The notes under the pieces were generated by a model. That model was not told the origin of the DNA. It worked only from the letters and a program-made list of their open reading frames with translations, and ran no database searches. Below are positions 49,154 to 59,531 of a stretch of DNA of 64,000 bases, piece after piece. The stretch's first letter is position 1, and the number at the start of each line of letters is the position of its first letter. The DNA lies in the NCBI GenBank assembly GCA_028282885.1, contig JANQGX010000059.1, positions 64,906-128,905 of the forward strand. The letters run 5' to 3'. Source of the DNA: SAR324 cluster bacterium (GTDB lineage: Bacteria; SAR324; XYD2-FULL-50-16). Both the position numbers and the translations under genes were made by a program.

Positions 49154-51778
49154 TTAAAGCTGCATTGTCTTTTTACGGAAGCGAAGCCTGACGATTTCAG
49201 CAACCGTGTTAATGATAAAGGTCATTGCGAAGAGAACCAGTCCCGACAGGAATAAAACCCTGTAAAGCGTTCCGTCTTTTACGGCTTCCGGAAGCTCAAC
49301 CGCGATGGTTGCAGAAAGAGCACGCAAACCGTTGAAGATGTTCCAGTCCATCAAGGGAGTGTTACCTGCTGCCATTACAACAATCATGGTTTCGCCGACA
49401 GCTCTCCCCATTCCTACCATAATTGCTGAGAATACCCCGCTCACTGCAGCCGGCAGAATCACATAAATTGCCGTCTGCCATTGTGTAGCACCGCAACCCA
49501 GGCTGGCAGCCCTGAGATGATCCGGAACCGCATGGAGAGCATCTTCGGCGATGGTATAGATAATCGGGATAACCGCAAATCCCATGGCGAATCCAACCAC
49601 CAGGGTGTTTCGCTGCACATAAGTGTCAATAACACCACCCCGGGCATCAATACCAAAAAATGAAAACAGCACCGCCAGCTCATAGGCAAAAAATATGGAC
49701 AGTCCGGCAATAACCAACCAGTAAAGGGCATCAAATCCATATATATAGAGACGGGGTGAATCGGGTGAAGGCTTACTGAGATAATTCTTGAACAACCAGC
49801 CCACCAGTGTTGCGACAGCCATAAAGACAATGGGTAGCAGAACCAGGAATATAAAGGGCTCGGCGGTTCCGAAATCGCGATTCAGCCAGGCTTTGAAATT
49901 GCCTTCAAACAACAGGTCTTCCAGCCAGGGGCCGATCAAACGGGTGACAACCAGGGCAATCATTACAACAACGAACATCAGTCCCAGTTTTTGGGCGTTT
50001 TGCCACCTGATCATCAGATGTTGAGGAAGCAACTGCCAAAGGAAGGATCCGATCAGGAGTGCCAGTGGAATGGCCACAAATGCGGCCAAAACAGCCGTTA
50101 TCCAAGTTTCAACGATCGGTGCCAGAACCAGGGCCGCTACAAAACCCAGAACAACGGAAGGGAGTGACGCCATCATTTCCATTGCCGGTTTAATAGTATT
50201 CCGGAACCGGTAATCGACAAACTCTGAAGTGTAGATGGCCCCCAATATGGCAATGGGTACTGCAAAGAGCAGGGAATACAAAGCAGCCTTGATGGAACCA
50301 AAGATAAGCGGTATCAGGGATAGTTTTTGCTCGTAATCATCGGTTGCTGCAGAAGATTGCCAGGTATAGGTTGGCTCTTCATACCCTTCGTACCAGACTT
50401 TTTTGAAGAGGGTGAAAAAGGTCGTTTCAGGGTGAGGTACGGAAAACTCGGTAAATCGGATCAGCCCGTCTTCATATATGGTCAACAAACCGTCAAATCT
50501 GGGCGAGAGAACAATCTCCGCCAGCTTTTTATCTTCCCTGGCCTTGAACTCCAGAAGTCTCTTTTGGCTGGTAGCATGGATGACAGAGGCGCTTCCGTCT
50601 TCGTACCGGACCGCAAAACTTTTTCCCCGGGTAGAGGGGGTGAAGTCTGATACCACTGCATCGGGAATTCCGTAACTTCTTGACTTGACCAGCGCTTTAC
50701 CATCGGCGGTTCCTCTCTTTTTATCATTGATAACGAAAAAGATATCAAGGGCAGCATTTGACCCCGAAACGACAATGGACTGGCTTCCATTGAGAAAACC
50801 CAGGCTGGTCATTTTCGTTCCCGGTGCTAACAGCGGGGATACTTCTGCCAGGATCGGAGCCGCAAAATCGCTTGTTTCATAACGGTAGGCCCTGCCATCT
50901 TCGGTAACAATCAACACCATATCGGCGCGATCCGTCATTAATACGGAGTGAATTCTGCTTTTGTTTTCCAATGTGGGGAGTTCCGAGTTTTGAATAGTTT
51001 GTTTTTTCTGTCCTGTCAGGAGATTGAACTTTGTTTTGATTCGATTCAGTTTGGCTTTGCCGCTTTTATCCACAGTTACGAACGCCTTGGTTTTACGCTC
51101 GGCCTCACCGCTGACTCGGTAGTCGATAGCGATAATGGATTCATCGCTCTCACTGACCTTAATGGGCTGGTCAACGGACAGGTTTAGCGAAATTTTTCTG
51201 AATTGTCCGTCCGGGATCTTGGTATAAATCACATTCCCGGCCCTGGAATCAACATCGTCCAGGGTGATAATGTTTTCGGGCACCTGGTCGGAGGTAAGGA
51301 TTTCATAAGGGAAAGTGATTTCAGCCAATTGCACGGTTCCGTCTTCAAATCCAAAGGCAAAGTGTTGTCGGTCAATAGTAGCCGAAAAGGATTTTATCGC
51401 GCTGCTGACCAGATCCATTTTATATTGTTCGATCAAAGTACCTGTTCGTGTGTGAAACAGGTACAGGGAACCATCGTCCAGAATCAGGTAAGAGATGGTT
51501 TTGTATTCATCCATACCGGCACTGATAATGCCTCCTTCAGGAAGTTCCTGCTGGTATTCTGACGAAGAAGTTATTTCACCGGCTTGAAAGAGGGGCAGGG
51601 TCTCTTTTACCAGGTAGATCAGGATGCCCAGTACGGCAATAATCACCAGGATTCCCCCAATAGTAATGACCCGGTCGGCAATGCGATCAATAATGATAAC
51701 CGACTTTCTCACTTTTTGTTCGGTTTTCCGCACAGTAGCCTGACCGCTGGATGGCGTATTATCGGAGATGTGATTCAT
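49154..51778 (-). CDS. pstC: Phosphate ABC permease PstC, long form with a periplasmic propeller-like domain
   Basis: VWYEGY..YTWQSS, KPAMEMMASLPSVVLG and GRAVGETM motifs. Confidence 0.94.
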   Translation of the reverse strand: MNHISDNTPSSGQATVRKTEQKVRKSVIIIDRIADRVITIGGILVIIAVLGILIYLVKETLPLFQAGEITSSSEYQQELPEGGIISAGMDEYKTISYLILDDGSLYLFHTRTGTLIEQYKMDLVSSAIKSFSATIDRQHFAFGFEDGTVQLAEITFPYEILTSDQVPENIITLDDVDSRAGNVIYTKIPDGQFRKISLNLSVDQPIKVSESDESIIAIDYRVSGEAERKTKAFVTVDKSGKAKLNRIKTKFNLLTGQKKQTIQNSELPTLENKSRIHSVLMTDRADMVLIVTEDGRAYRYETSDFAAPILAEVSPLLAPGTKMTSLGFLNGSQSIVVSGSNAALDIFFVINDKKRGTADGKALVKSRSYGIPDAVVSDFTPSTRGKSFAVRYEDGSASVIHATSQKRLLEFKAREDKKLAEIVLSPRFDGLLTIYEDGLIRFTEFSVPHPETTFFTLFKKVWYEGYEEPTYTWQSSAATDDYEQKLSLIPLIFGSIKAALYSLLFAVPIAILGAIYTSEFVDYRFRNTIKPAMEMMASLPSVVLGFVAALVLAPIVETWITAVLAAFVAIPLALLIGSFLWQLLPQHLMIRWQNAQKLGLMFVVVMIALVVTRLIGPWLEDLLFEGNFKAWLNRDFGTAEPFIFLVLLPIVFMAVATLVGWLFKNYLSKPSPDSPRLYIYGFDALYWLVIAGLSIFFAYELAVLFSFFGIDARGGVIDTYVQRNTLVVGFAMGFAVIPIIYTIAEDALHAVPDHLRAASLGCGATQWQTAIYVILPAAVSGVFSAIMVGMGRAVGETMIVVMAAGNTPLMDWNIFNGLRALSATIAVELPEAVKDGTLYRVLFLSGLVLFAMTFIINTVAEIVRLRFRKKTMQL

Positions 51779-51896
51779 TGATTTCTTGGGCTTGATAGTT
51801 GAGTCGGGAGAGTCGGTTCGTATTGAAACGGACCGCGTTGATCAATTGTTTCTTATAAGAAAGGTAGACTGCACCGATCTTGAGATCAAAACAGGG

Positions 51897-51938
51897 AAAA
51901 ATATGGGGGGCTGATTCCCACGGGAGCCCCCATATTTT
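51897..51938 (-). terminator. Stem-loop between pstS and pstC (terminator or mRNA stabiliser)
   Basis: Minus strand reads atatgggggct-cccgtgggaatc-agccccccatat followed by tttt. Confidence 0.65.
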
Positions 51939-51957
51939 ATACGAGGTGTTTTGAAAC

Positions 51958-52941
51958 CTATCGGATATCCAGGGCACTCTTATCTTGGTTAGCCAACATG
52001 TTGGAAACAGGATAAAAACCGTCCTTGATAACGATTCTCTGACCTTGCTTGGAAAGCACGAACTTGACGAACTCAGATCTCAGAGGCTCCAGGTTCACGT
52101 TTGGATTCTTGTTTAAATATACATAGAGGAATCGAGCCAGGGGATAATCACCACTATAAGCGTTGTCAGCATTGGCGTCATAAGCCATTTCACCAGCGTC
52201 TACTGAAAGAGGAACGGTTCTGACATCAGCAGTTTTGTAGCCAACTCCGGAGTACCCAATGGCATATTTATCTGTTGCTACACCTTGAACGACCGCTGAT
52301 GATCCGGGCTGTTCCTTAACAGTGTCTTTATAGTCACCTTTGAAGAGAGCGACTTTCTTGAAATATCCGTAGGTACCGGAAGCTGAGTTACGACCGTACA
52401 GAGAGATCGGCTTGTTGGCCCATTCGCCGGTCAATCCGATATCACCCCAAGTTTTGATATTCTTGGCGTATCCACCTTTTCTGTTTTTTGAGAAGATAGC
52501 ATCCAGTTGTTTCAGGGTAAGGTTTTTGATGGGGTTGTCCTTGTGAACAAAAACCGCCAGAGCGTCAACAGCTACACGAACCTTGGCAGGCTTGTAACCG
52601 AACTTCTTTTCAAAAGCGTCAACTTCCTTGGACTTCATTTGCCTGGACATGGGGCCAAACTGGGATGTGCTTTGAATCAGAGACGGGGGAGCTGTTGATG
52701 ATCCTTTTCCTTCAATCTCAACTTTAACACTGGGGTATAGAGCCCTAAAGCCTTCAAACCAGAAAGTCATCAGGTTGTTCAGGGTATCGGAACCGATTGA
52801 CTTCACACTTCCGGAAACACCACTTGTTTTTTTGTAAACCGGAAGAGCCGAGTCAACTTCCAGGGCCATACTTTGAGTTACAGCAAGAAAACCGGAAACC
52901 AAAAGCATCAGGATAATCTTAGTAAATCGACCTGCTTTCAT
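51958..52941 (-). CDS. pstS: Phosphate-binding protein PstS
   Basis: GSDTL, GSSTA, MSR, GRNSASGTY and YPLARFLY motifs. GGAGG RBS before the ATG at 52941. Confidence 0.96.
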   Translation of the reverse strand: MKAGRFTKIILMLLVSGFLAVTQSMALEVDSALPVYKKTSGVSGSVKSIGSDTLNNLMTFWFEGFRALYPSVKVEIEGKGSSTAPPSLIQSTSQFGPMSRQMKSKEVDAFEKKFGYKPAKVRVAVDALAVFVHKDNPIKNLTLKQLDAIFSKNRKGGYAKNIKTWGDIGLTGEWANKPISLYGRNSASGTYGYFKKVALFKGDYKDTVKEQPGSSAVVQGVATDKYAIGYSGVGYKTADVRTVPLSVDAGEMAYDANADNAYSGDYPLARFLYVYLNKNPNVNLEPLRSEFVKFVLSKQGQRIVIKDGFYPVSNMLANQDKSALDIR

Positions 52942-53082
52942 TTTAAAAACCTCCAAAAATTTATTCCTGTTGGACCTGGATCCTGATACCAATTTAGTTC
53001 CCTTTTGCATTTTAAGGGATAAGGATACCTGAACCAGGTTAAAACGATGAAAGAAAATGAGATCTCATTTTCAGTTTGGATT

Positions 53083-53120
53083 ATTAGCATTCTGTTAGGA
53101 GCGGGTTAAGTCTTGATTAA
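53083..53120 (-). promoter_or_regulatory. PHO-box array upstream of pstS (4 units, 11-bp period)
   Basis: Plus-strand RTTAR units at 53083, 53094, 53105 and 53116 (YTAAY on the sense strand). Confidence 0.75.
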
Positions 53121-53168
53121 CCTTAAATCCGACACCATGTACTACAAATCTGATTATTAATGCTGTTT

Positions 53169-53250
53169 GTTAGTTTGTCGTTAATCGTATGTTAATATTC
53201 CACTAACCTTCTGCTAGGAAATTGTGTGAATTATGTTAGATTTTTGTTAG
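53169..53250 (-). promoter_or_regulatory. Second, longer PHO-box-like array (8 positions in 11-bp phase)
   Basis: GTTAG 53169, GTTAA 53180, GTTAA 53191, ACTAA 53202, GCTAG 53213, degenerate 53224, GTTAG 53235, GTTAG 53246. Confidence 0.65.
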
Positions 53251-53639
53251 TTTACTAATTTTTAATAACAAACCCAAAAATGACGAGGGATTACAAGCCG
53301 GTAACCGCTGATATGTTTAATCGGCCTGAATAATATCACTAAATGGTGCTTTAACACGGTTCCTGGTTTACTTCCGAAGGGCATCTGAAAACGCTCTCGC
53401 TTTCCGGCTTTTAGGATTTCCACAAGTGGTGAAGCAGAGTCACTACTGTTTGATATAATACTGAAGGCATTTACTTTTTCGGGATTGGCGAAAACACTCC
53501 GGCCATCACTTTTACAGTTGTGTGGGCATGAACCCGGGAAGTTCTCCCATTACGCGGATGCCTGCATTCTGATGATAAAATGTGAGGTTGTCCGGCGCGC
53601 GAGACCCCGTTTGCGAACGGGAAGATAACACGTAAGGGC

Positions 53640-53674
53640 AAAAAAAGCGGATGTTATAGGCATCCGCTTTTTTT
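53640..53674. terminator. Bidirectional rho-independent terminator downstream of the repeat lipoprotein
   Basis: aaaaaaagcggatg-ttatagg-catccgcttttttt. Confidence 0.85.
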
Positions 53675-53730
53675 AGAAGGGGGGATAATCGGCCTGGTAG
53701 TAAGCCGGGAGAGGAGAGACTTGTCGGCGT

Positions 53731-54552
53731 CTAACCCTGTTCGTAACGTTGCTTCAATGTTTCAGCAAGGTCTTTGTTCTTTTTGTCAACTTCAAAGATC
53801 ACTGTTTCACCATTGGGGCCTGCTCCCAGAACGGTTCTGGTGTATGGCAGGTGTCCGGTTTTGGCGAAAGACTTGTTTGTTTTGGTGTTACCGATCACGT
53901 AGATTCTGTTTCTGAGCTTCCAGACAAAATAGCTGTCTCCGTCGGCCTGCAGCAGAACCGGTGTTCCTTCATAGCGTTCCTTCAGTTGCTCGGCGAATTC
54001 CGGCTTCTTTTTGTTGACCTCAAAGATGACCGTTTCACCAAAGGGACCGGCGCCCAGAACTGTTTTGGTGTAGGGGAGATGATGCAGGGTTTTGAAAGAC
54101 TCGTTTGTTTTCGGATTTCCGATAACGTAGATTCTTCCCTTGTATTTCCACACATTATAATTATTCCCTTTTGATTCGATCAGAAAGGGATTGTTTTCAA
54201 AACGCTGCTTCAAACCTTCAGCGAATTCCGGCTTCTTCTTGTTGACTTCAAAGATTACCGTTTCACCATTGGGGCCTGCTCCAAGGATCGTCCGGGTATA
54301 AGGGAGATGATGCTGGGTTTCAAAGTCGGCACTGGTTTTGGGATTACCGATGACGAAGATCCTGTTGTCATATTTCCAGACAAAATAGTTATTGTCCTGG
54401 GAATCCAGTAGTACCGGTTTTTTCTCAACCTGGGCAGCCACAGGCTGGGCTGCGTCTGGCGTTTTGCTGGGGGCGCTGGCCTGCTTTGCACTATTGGAAC
54501 ATCCAAACAGCATGATCGCTGCAAGGGTGTAAACAGTCATTCTAAACTTCAT
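53731..54552 (-). CDS. Lipoprotein made of three 76-aa tandem repeats; function unknown, probably Pho-regulated
   Basis: Lipobox LFGC; repeat Y.VWK..RI.VIGN.KT...F...HLPYT.T.LGAGP.GETVIFEV three times; AGGAG RBS. Confidence 0.9.
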   Translation of the reverse strand: MKFRMTVYTLAAIMLFGCSNSAKQASAPSKTPDAAQPVAAQVEKKPVLLDSQDNNYFVWKYDNRIFVIGNPKTSADFETQHHLPYTRTILGAGPNGETVIFEVNKKKPEFAEGLKQRFENNPFLIESKGNNYNVWKYKGRIYVIGNPKTNESFKTLHHLPYTKTVLGAGPFGETVIFEVNKKKPEFAEQLKERYEGTPVLLQADGDSYFVWKLRNRIYVIGNTKTNKSFAKTGHLPYTRTVLGAGPNGETVIFEVDKKNKDLAETLKQRYEQG

Positions 54553-54683
54553 AGTAACTCCTGATCATTTTTTGGAATTGAAGGGTTCAAGAACAGTCAG
54601 GCGGGCAATGGGCTACCATCGCCGGGTCATCTGCAGAACGCCTGTCTTAAGTATTAAGTACAGTCTTAAATTAAAAGCGATTT

Positions 54684-54721
54684 ATTAGAAAATTATTAAT
54701 GTGTTGTTAGAAGAGTGTTCA
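54684..54721 (-). promoter_or_regulatory. PHO-box array upstream of the repeat lipoprotein
   Basis: ATTAG 54684, ATTAA 54695, GTTAG 54706, GTTCA 54717; same motif, period and orientation as the pstS array. Confidence 0.7.
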
Positions 54722-55326
54722 AGCGGGGTGGCGAAGAGCTCTAACATAACCCTAATAATCCTTGCTGAATTAAAGAGAATGAAAGGGTGTATCAATTGGC
54801 TTGAAAGCCATTAAAATGCAGTGCCTTGCATGGGATATAACTCCTGGGTCATGATCAGATCCATTCAACTAAAAGTGCTGGGTTCATCTGTCCGAATTAT
54901 TGTTTGGTAAATTTTCGCGTATAGAAATGATCATCAATGCTGACAAGGTTTTCTGGAAAGAATATAAGTCTTTCAACTAATTCTAATTCATCCGGGGATC
55001 TCTTTTCTACGGGACTGCCAAATGAAGTGCCAGACTTATTAAAAGCAAACTCTGGAGAATCTGATCAAACCCCAGTATTGTTTTTCCGTGTTCCTGTCCA
55101 AACAGCTTGACACACAAAAGCCAAGTTCATATCATTTCATCATCAAATCCACAGAACTGGTTCGCTCTGTATGTCCCGATATTGTGGCTGCAGTCCCTAG
55201 TCGCCTTCCCAATATCTTCGTCCTTGGCGACCCTCCCCCTAATTTTTTCTGACTTGATTTCAGGAAGCGTATCGCTATCAAACAAATTGATCCATAAAGC
55301 AGTCCTTCGGAAACCACGGGTTATCT

Positions 55327-58300
55327 ATGAGAAATATGTTTTTGCTTCTTTGTATTTTCTGTTTATTTCACGTTGTACAGCCTGCGCTAAGTGCCCAGCG
55401 ATTTGAAGCAGCATTTCGATATTTAACGGTTGATGACGGACTTCCCACGAATACAGTTCTGGATATTGCCCAAGGCAAAAAAGGTTTCATGTGGTTCGCA
55501 ACCCATGCTGGCTTGGTCCGATACGATGGCCGATTGTTCAAGGTGTATCGTCATGACCCGGAAAATGTGAATAGCCCGAGTCACAACATAATCAACACAC
55601 TTGCCATAGATATGGATGGGAATATCTGGTTGGGAACCGGAAATGGTTTGAATATGCTTAACCCTGTGACAGAGACATTCCATCGGATCCCTTTTGTGGA
55701 TGTCAATGAAAATGAAAACGATGATCCTTCAATCGTGGATCTACTTGCGGATCAATCCGGCATCATCTGGCTCTTGACTGAAACAGGTCAGTTATGTCGG
55801 TACGATCCCCAAAAAAGACGCTTTTCCAAACGTCCATCCCAGTTGGTTAGCCAAAAAGGATTACTGACAAGAGGATTGCCAAGGAGCTTATATGAAGACA
55901 GTGAAGGTGATCTTTGGATTGCATCAGAGCAGGGGATGATCAGATTCAACAAGCGATCTGATCAAGTTTCATATGTCCTGAATACCAACAAACCTTCAAC
56001 TGTTCGGCCAGTTCCATTTACTATGATTGTTGAAGATAAGCAGGGTCGATTCTGGGGTTTGGGTGTTGACGCTATCAAACAATTTAACAAGCAATCCGGA
56101 GGCTTCGTTAAATCGGTCAAATTGAAAGACGAAAGCCATTTCAATCGTTTTATGTCATCAGTATCCAAGCTGGATGACCTCTATTGGTATATTTATCCGC
56201 CAAAGGGACTGATCGTTTTGAATCCGGAAACCTTTCAGCGGTATATTTTTAAAGTGGATATTCAAAACGAAAAAGCCCTGAAGGAAAAAGAAATAACCAA
56301 AGCTTATTACCAATCATCAAGTGGAATTGTTTGGGTTGCAACGTGGAATGGAGGACTTGCCCTGCTGGATCTTAAGAAAAAACCTTTTTATATGCATCGA
56401 AGGAGGCCCGATCAAAAAAACAGTCTAAGCAGCAGTAAAATCTCAGCATTTGCAGAAGCCCCAGGCACGAATCTTTGGGTTGGAACAAAGGGTGGCGGGT
56501 TGAATTATCTGGATCGCGCGCAAGGGAAATTTTCACACATACGCCTCAATACAGACAAAAATAGTGGTATGCCGGATGATGATATCACAGCTTTGCTGCT
56601 TGATTCGAAAAACGTTCTTTGGATTTGCACCCGGGTCGGTGGTCTTTGGGAGCTCGAGCCGAACTCCAACAGTATTCGCCATCACCCGATTCTTGAAGAT
56701 AAGGGTATTCAAAAACATTTGCCTGGCATCAAATATCATAAGAAAAGCCCGAAAAAAGAAAGGCATTTGTCAATACCACCACCCCACTATTCAAAGTTTT
56801 CCAGTCTATTAGAGGGCGAGCAAGGGATTTTATGGATTGGTGGCTGGACCGGTTTGGTTGCATATACACCTCTGCAGCGCCATTTTCAACTTTATGAACC
56901 CAAGATCACAGGAAACCATTGGGTCAGCACCCGAATTCTTGATGATGGTGAGGGTAAGCTCTGGTTTGGACTCTACCTGAATGGTCTTGCCAGCTTTGAT
57001 ATGAGTACACTTCAGTTCAAGCACTACTTCCATAAAACAGGAGAGCCCAATTCACTATCGAGTAACACGGTATTTGGAGTGGAAAAAGGAGATGACGGAC
57101 TGTTATGGATCGCGACAGATAAAGGTCTTCAGTCTTTCGACACTACCGCCAATGTGTTTTCAACCTATAACAAAAGCCAGGGACTTACCAACCTCACAAT
57201 AAGATCGATTATTAAAGATAAAGAAGGGAACCTTTGGTTAGGCACAAATTCAGCTCTCAGCAAATTCAACCCATTTGACAGACAGTTTATCAATTTTGAC
57301 CGCTCTGATGGACTCCATGGAAATGCTTTCAATGAAAATGCCGTCTTCAAAAGCCAGGATGGCGAATTATATTTTGGGGGTCAAACCGGTTTTAGCTATT
57401 TTTATCCAAGCGAGATCCATAAAAGCAATGATGAGCCAACCATTGTTATTACCAGTCTTACTCAGGCTGGAGAGCCGATACAGCAAAATATCACACCGAT
57501 ATATACTGATGAGATAACATTGACCTGGCCCAACAATTTTTTCGAATTTGAATTTGCTGCCTTGAATTTTCGGAACAGCTCCAGGAATCAATATGCCTAT
57601 CACCTGGAAGGACTGGATAAGACATGGTTTTACACGAAAAACAGTGGCCAGGGGAAATATGTTAACCTTCCCGGTGGTGATTACACTTTGAAGCTGAAAG
57701 CGAATAACAGCAACGGTATTTGGAGCCGCCGACCGATTTCCCTTAAAGTGCATGTGGTACCGCCCTTTTGGCAAACATGGAAATTCCGGCTTCTAATTCT
57801 GGCAGCAATAATAATAATCCTATCTGTCGTTTTTTATCTGAAGTATTATCAGTTTAAAGTAAAGCAGTTAAAGGCAACTGCTCAGGCTCAGTCGGAAAAG
57901 AACGAGGCTTTAAATAAAGCTAGGACGAACGCCGAGATTGCCAATAAAGCAAAAAGCGATTTCCTTGCCAATATGAGCCATGAAATTCGAACCCCAATGA
58001 ACTCAATTCTGGGATTTGCAGATCTGCTTTATGGTCAAATTGAAGATGTAAGGCACCGAAGCTATCTGGAGGCCATTCGTTCCGGTGGAAATGTATTGTT
58101 GACACTGATTAATGATATCCTCGATCTATCCAAAATTGAAGCGCGACAGACAGATATTTATTACCAGCCTTTAAGTCTAAAAAAAGTTTTTGACGAATTA
58201 GCAAACGTATTCTCCCTGAAACTATCTCAAAAGAACTTGAGGTTCACTTTTGAAATATCTGATCATCTCCCAGATATTCTCTTGTTGGATGGAGCTCGAT

Positions 58301-59424
58301 TCAGGCAGGTTTTGTTGAACCTGATAGGGAATGCAATAAAGTTCACAGAAGAGGGAGGTATCAATCTTGTTGCCAAGGAATCAGCAATTTATCAAGACCG
58401 TAAAACGGTCGACCTTATGATATCAGTTGAAGATTCAGGTGTTGGTATTGCCAAGGAAGAGCAGAAAAAGATCTTTGATGCTTTTTATCAACAGGATGGT
58501 CAGAATGAGAAGAGATATGGTGGGACGGGGTTGGGACTGGCGATATCTAAACGGCTTGTTGAATTGATGAAGGGTACCATCAGCGTGGAAAGTGAACGCG
58601 GGAAAGGGACTGCATTTCGAATTAATCTTAAGGAAGTGAAGATCCATGATGCGCCTGAAACCTGTTCCTCTAATATCACAAAAAAAATAACCGAAAAGGA
58701 TTGGACCTTTAAGCAATCGTCCCTTCTGATTGTGGACGATAATGAGCCCAATCGCAGCTACATCAAAGCGTGTTTTGCCGGTATTGAGCAGATAACAGTC
58801 ATTGAAGCAAATGATGGACATGAAGCGCTTAGCAAAGCGCGTAAGAACACCCCCGATCTAATCCTGATGGATATCAAGCTGCCGGGGATGAGTGGTACGG
58901 AAACACTTCAGCTTATGAAGCAGGATGATATTTTGAGCAAAATCCCTGTCATAGCTTACACGGCTTCCTATTTCGATGAGGATCTGAAACATATAAAACA
59001 AAGTGGCTTTTCTGATGTATTGAAAAAACCGGTCGTCAGCGATGCCTTGTTGTTGATGGTCAAAAAATATGTTGGATTGAGCCCTGCTCAAACCGATGTT
59101 CCGGATTTGGCTACAATTGATGAAACAGGGGACATTTCATCCGATCAGAAACACAAGATTACTGAAGTTGTTTCTATACTTGAGCAAGATTTCACGCCAC
59201 TCTGGCGCAGGCTTGAAAAAAAACAGAAGGTTGAAACCGTAAAAGAGATGGCAGGTCGACTTGTCGAAATTGGAAAACAAAATGACTGTGTTATGGTGAG
59301 CCAATATGGTGAGTTGCTCTCAAACTACATTGACAGTTTTGATGTGGCAAATATGAGAAGCCATCTTAAAGCATTTCCGGATCTGCTGGAAACATTAAAG
59401 AGGCGTTTAAATCCACACGAGTAG
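55327..59424 (+). CDS. Hybrid sensor kinase: Reg_prop beta-propeller repeats, Y_Y_Y, TM, HisKA, HATPase, REC
   Basis: DGLPTNTV and many W.GT..GL repeats; [36 protein letters not shown]-terminal REC. Confidence 0.94.
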   Translation: MRNMFLLLCIFCLFHVVQPALSAQRFEAAFRYLTVDDGLPTNTVLDIAQGKKGFMWFATHAGLVRYDGRLFKVYRHDPENVNSPSHNIINTLAIDMDGNIWLGTGNGLNMLNPVTETFHRIPFVDVNENENDDPSIVDLLADQSGIIWLLTETGQLCRYDPQKRRFSKRPSQLVSQKGLLTRGLPRSLYEDSEGDLWIASEQGMIRFNKRSDQVSYVLNTNKPSTVRPVPFTMIVEDKQGRFWGLGVDAIKQFNKQSGGFVKSVKLKDESHFNRFMSSVSKLDDLYWYIYPPKGLIVLNPETFQRYIFKVDIQNEKALKEKEITKAYYQSSSGIVWVATWNGGLALLDLKKKPFYMHRRRPDQKNSLSSSKISAFAEAPGTNLWVGTKGGGLNYLDRAQGKFSHIRLNTDKNSGMPDDDITALLLDSKNVLWICTRVGGLWELEPNSNSIRHHPILEDKGIQKHLPGIKYHKKSPKKERHLSIPPPHYSKFSSLLEGEQGILWIGGWTGLVAYTPLQRHFQLYEPKITGNHWVSTRILDDGEGKLWFGLYLNGLASFDMSTLQFKHYFHKTGEPNSLSSNTVFGVEKGDDGLLWIATDKGLQSFDTTANVFSTYNKSQGLTNLTIRSIIKDKEGNLWLGTNSALSKFNPFDRQFINFDRSDGLHGNAFNENAVFKSQDGELYFGGQTGFSYFYPSEIHKSNDEPTIVITSLTQAGEPIQQNITPIYTDEITLTWPNNFFEFEFAALNFRNSSRNQYAYHLEGLDKTWFYTKNSGQGKYVNLPGGDYTLKLKANNSNGIWSRRPISLKVHVVPPFWQTWKFRLLILAAIIIILSVVFYLKYYQFKVKQLKATAQAQSEKNEALNKARTNAEIANKAKSDFLANMSHEIRTPMNSILGFADLLYGQIEDVRHRSYLEAIRSGGNVLLTLINDILDLSKIEARQTDIYYQPLSLKKVFDELANVFSLKLSQKNLRFTFEISDHLPDILLLDGARFRQVLLNLIGNAIKFTEEGGINLVAKESAIYQDRKTVDLMISVEDSGVGIAKEEQKKIFDAFYQQDGQNEKRYGGTGLGLAISKRLVELMKGTISVESERGKGTAFRINLKEVKIHDAPETCSSNITKKITEKDWTFKQSSLLIVDDNEPNRSYIKACFAGIEQITVIEANDGHEALSKARKNTPDLILMDIKLPGMSGTETLQLMKQDDILSKIPVIAYTASYFDEDLKHIKQSGFSDVLKKPVVSDALLLMVKKYVGLSPAQTDVPDLATIDETGDISSDQKHKITEVVSILEQDFTPLWRRLEKKQKVETVKEMAGRLVEIGKQNDCVMVSQYGELLSNYIDSFDVANMRSHLKAFPDLLETLKRRLNPHE

Positions 59425-59531
59425 AATGAAGGGTGGTGACTCAAAATCCGCAATCGTTCTGATTACGATATTTCAGGCAAAGTGAGGCAGGAATTCCAGG
59501 GTTAAAAACAAGTTCCCCGGCACCGCTGGAT

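Noticed and set aside
53280..53640. Possible small gene or ncRNA between pstS and the lipoprotein
   Set aside because: Multiple stops in the frames examined and no recognisable RNA family; cannot be supported.
54596..54647. Resemblance to fluoride or ZTP riboswitches (GGCGATGG; TGAC..GGCG..CGCCTG)
   Set aside because: The order of elements and other conserved segments do not fit either consensus; kept only as an unnamed structure.
55017..55032. TGGCAC-N5-TTGGC sigma54-like site on the minus strand
   Set aside because: Poor -12 box, about 460 bp from the nearest downstream start, and that gene already has a PHO array.
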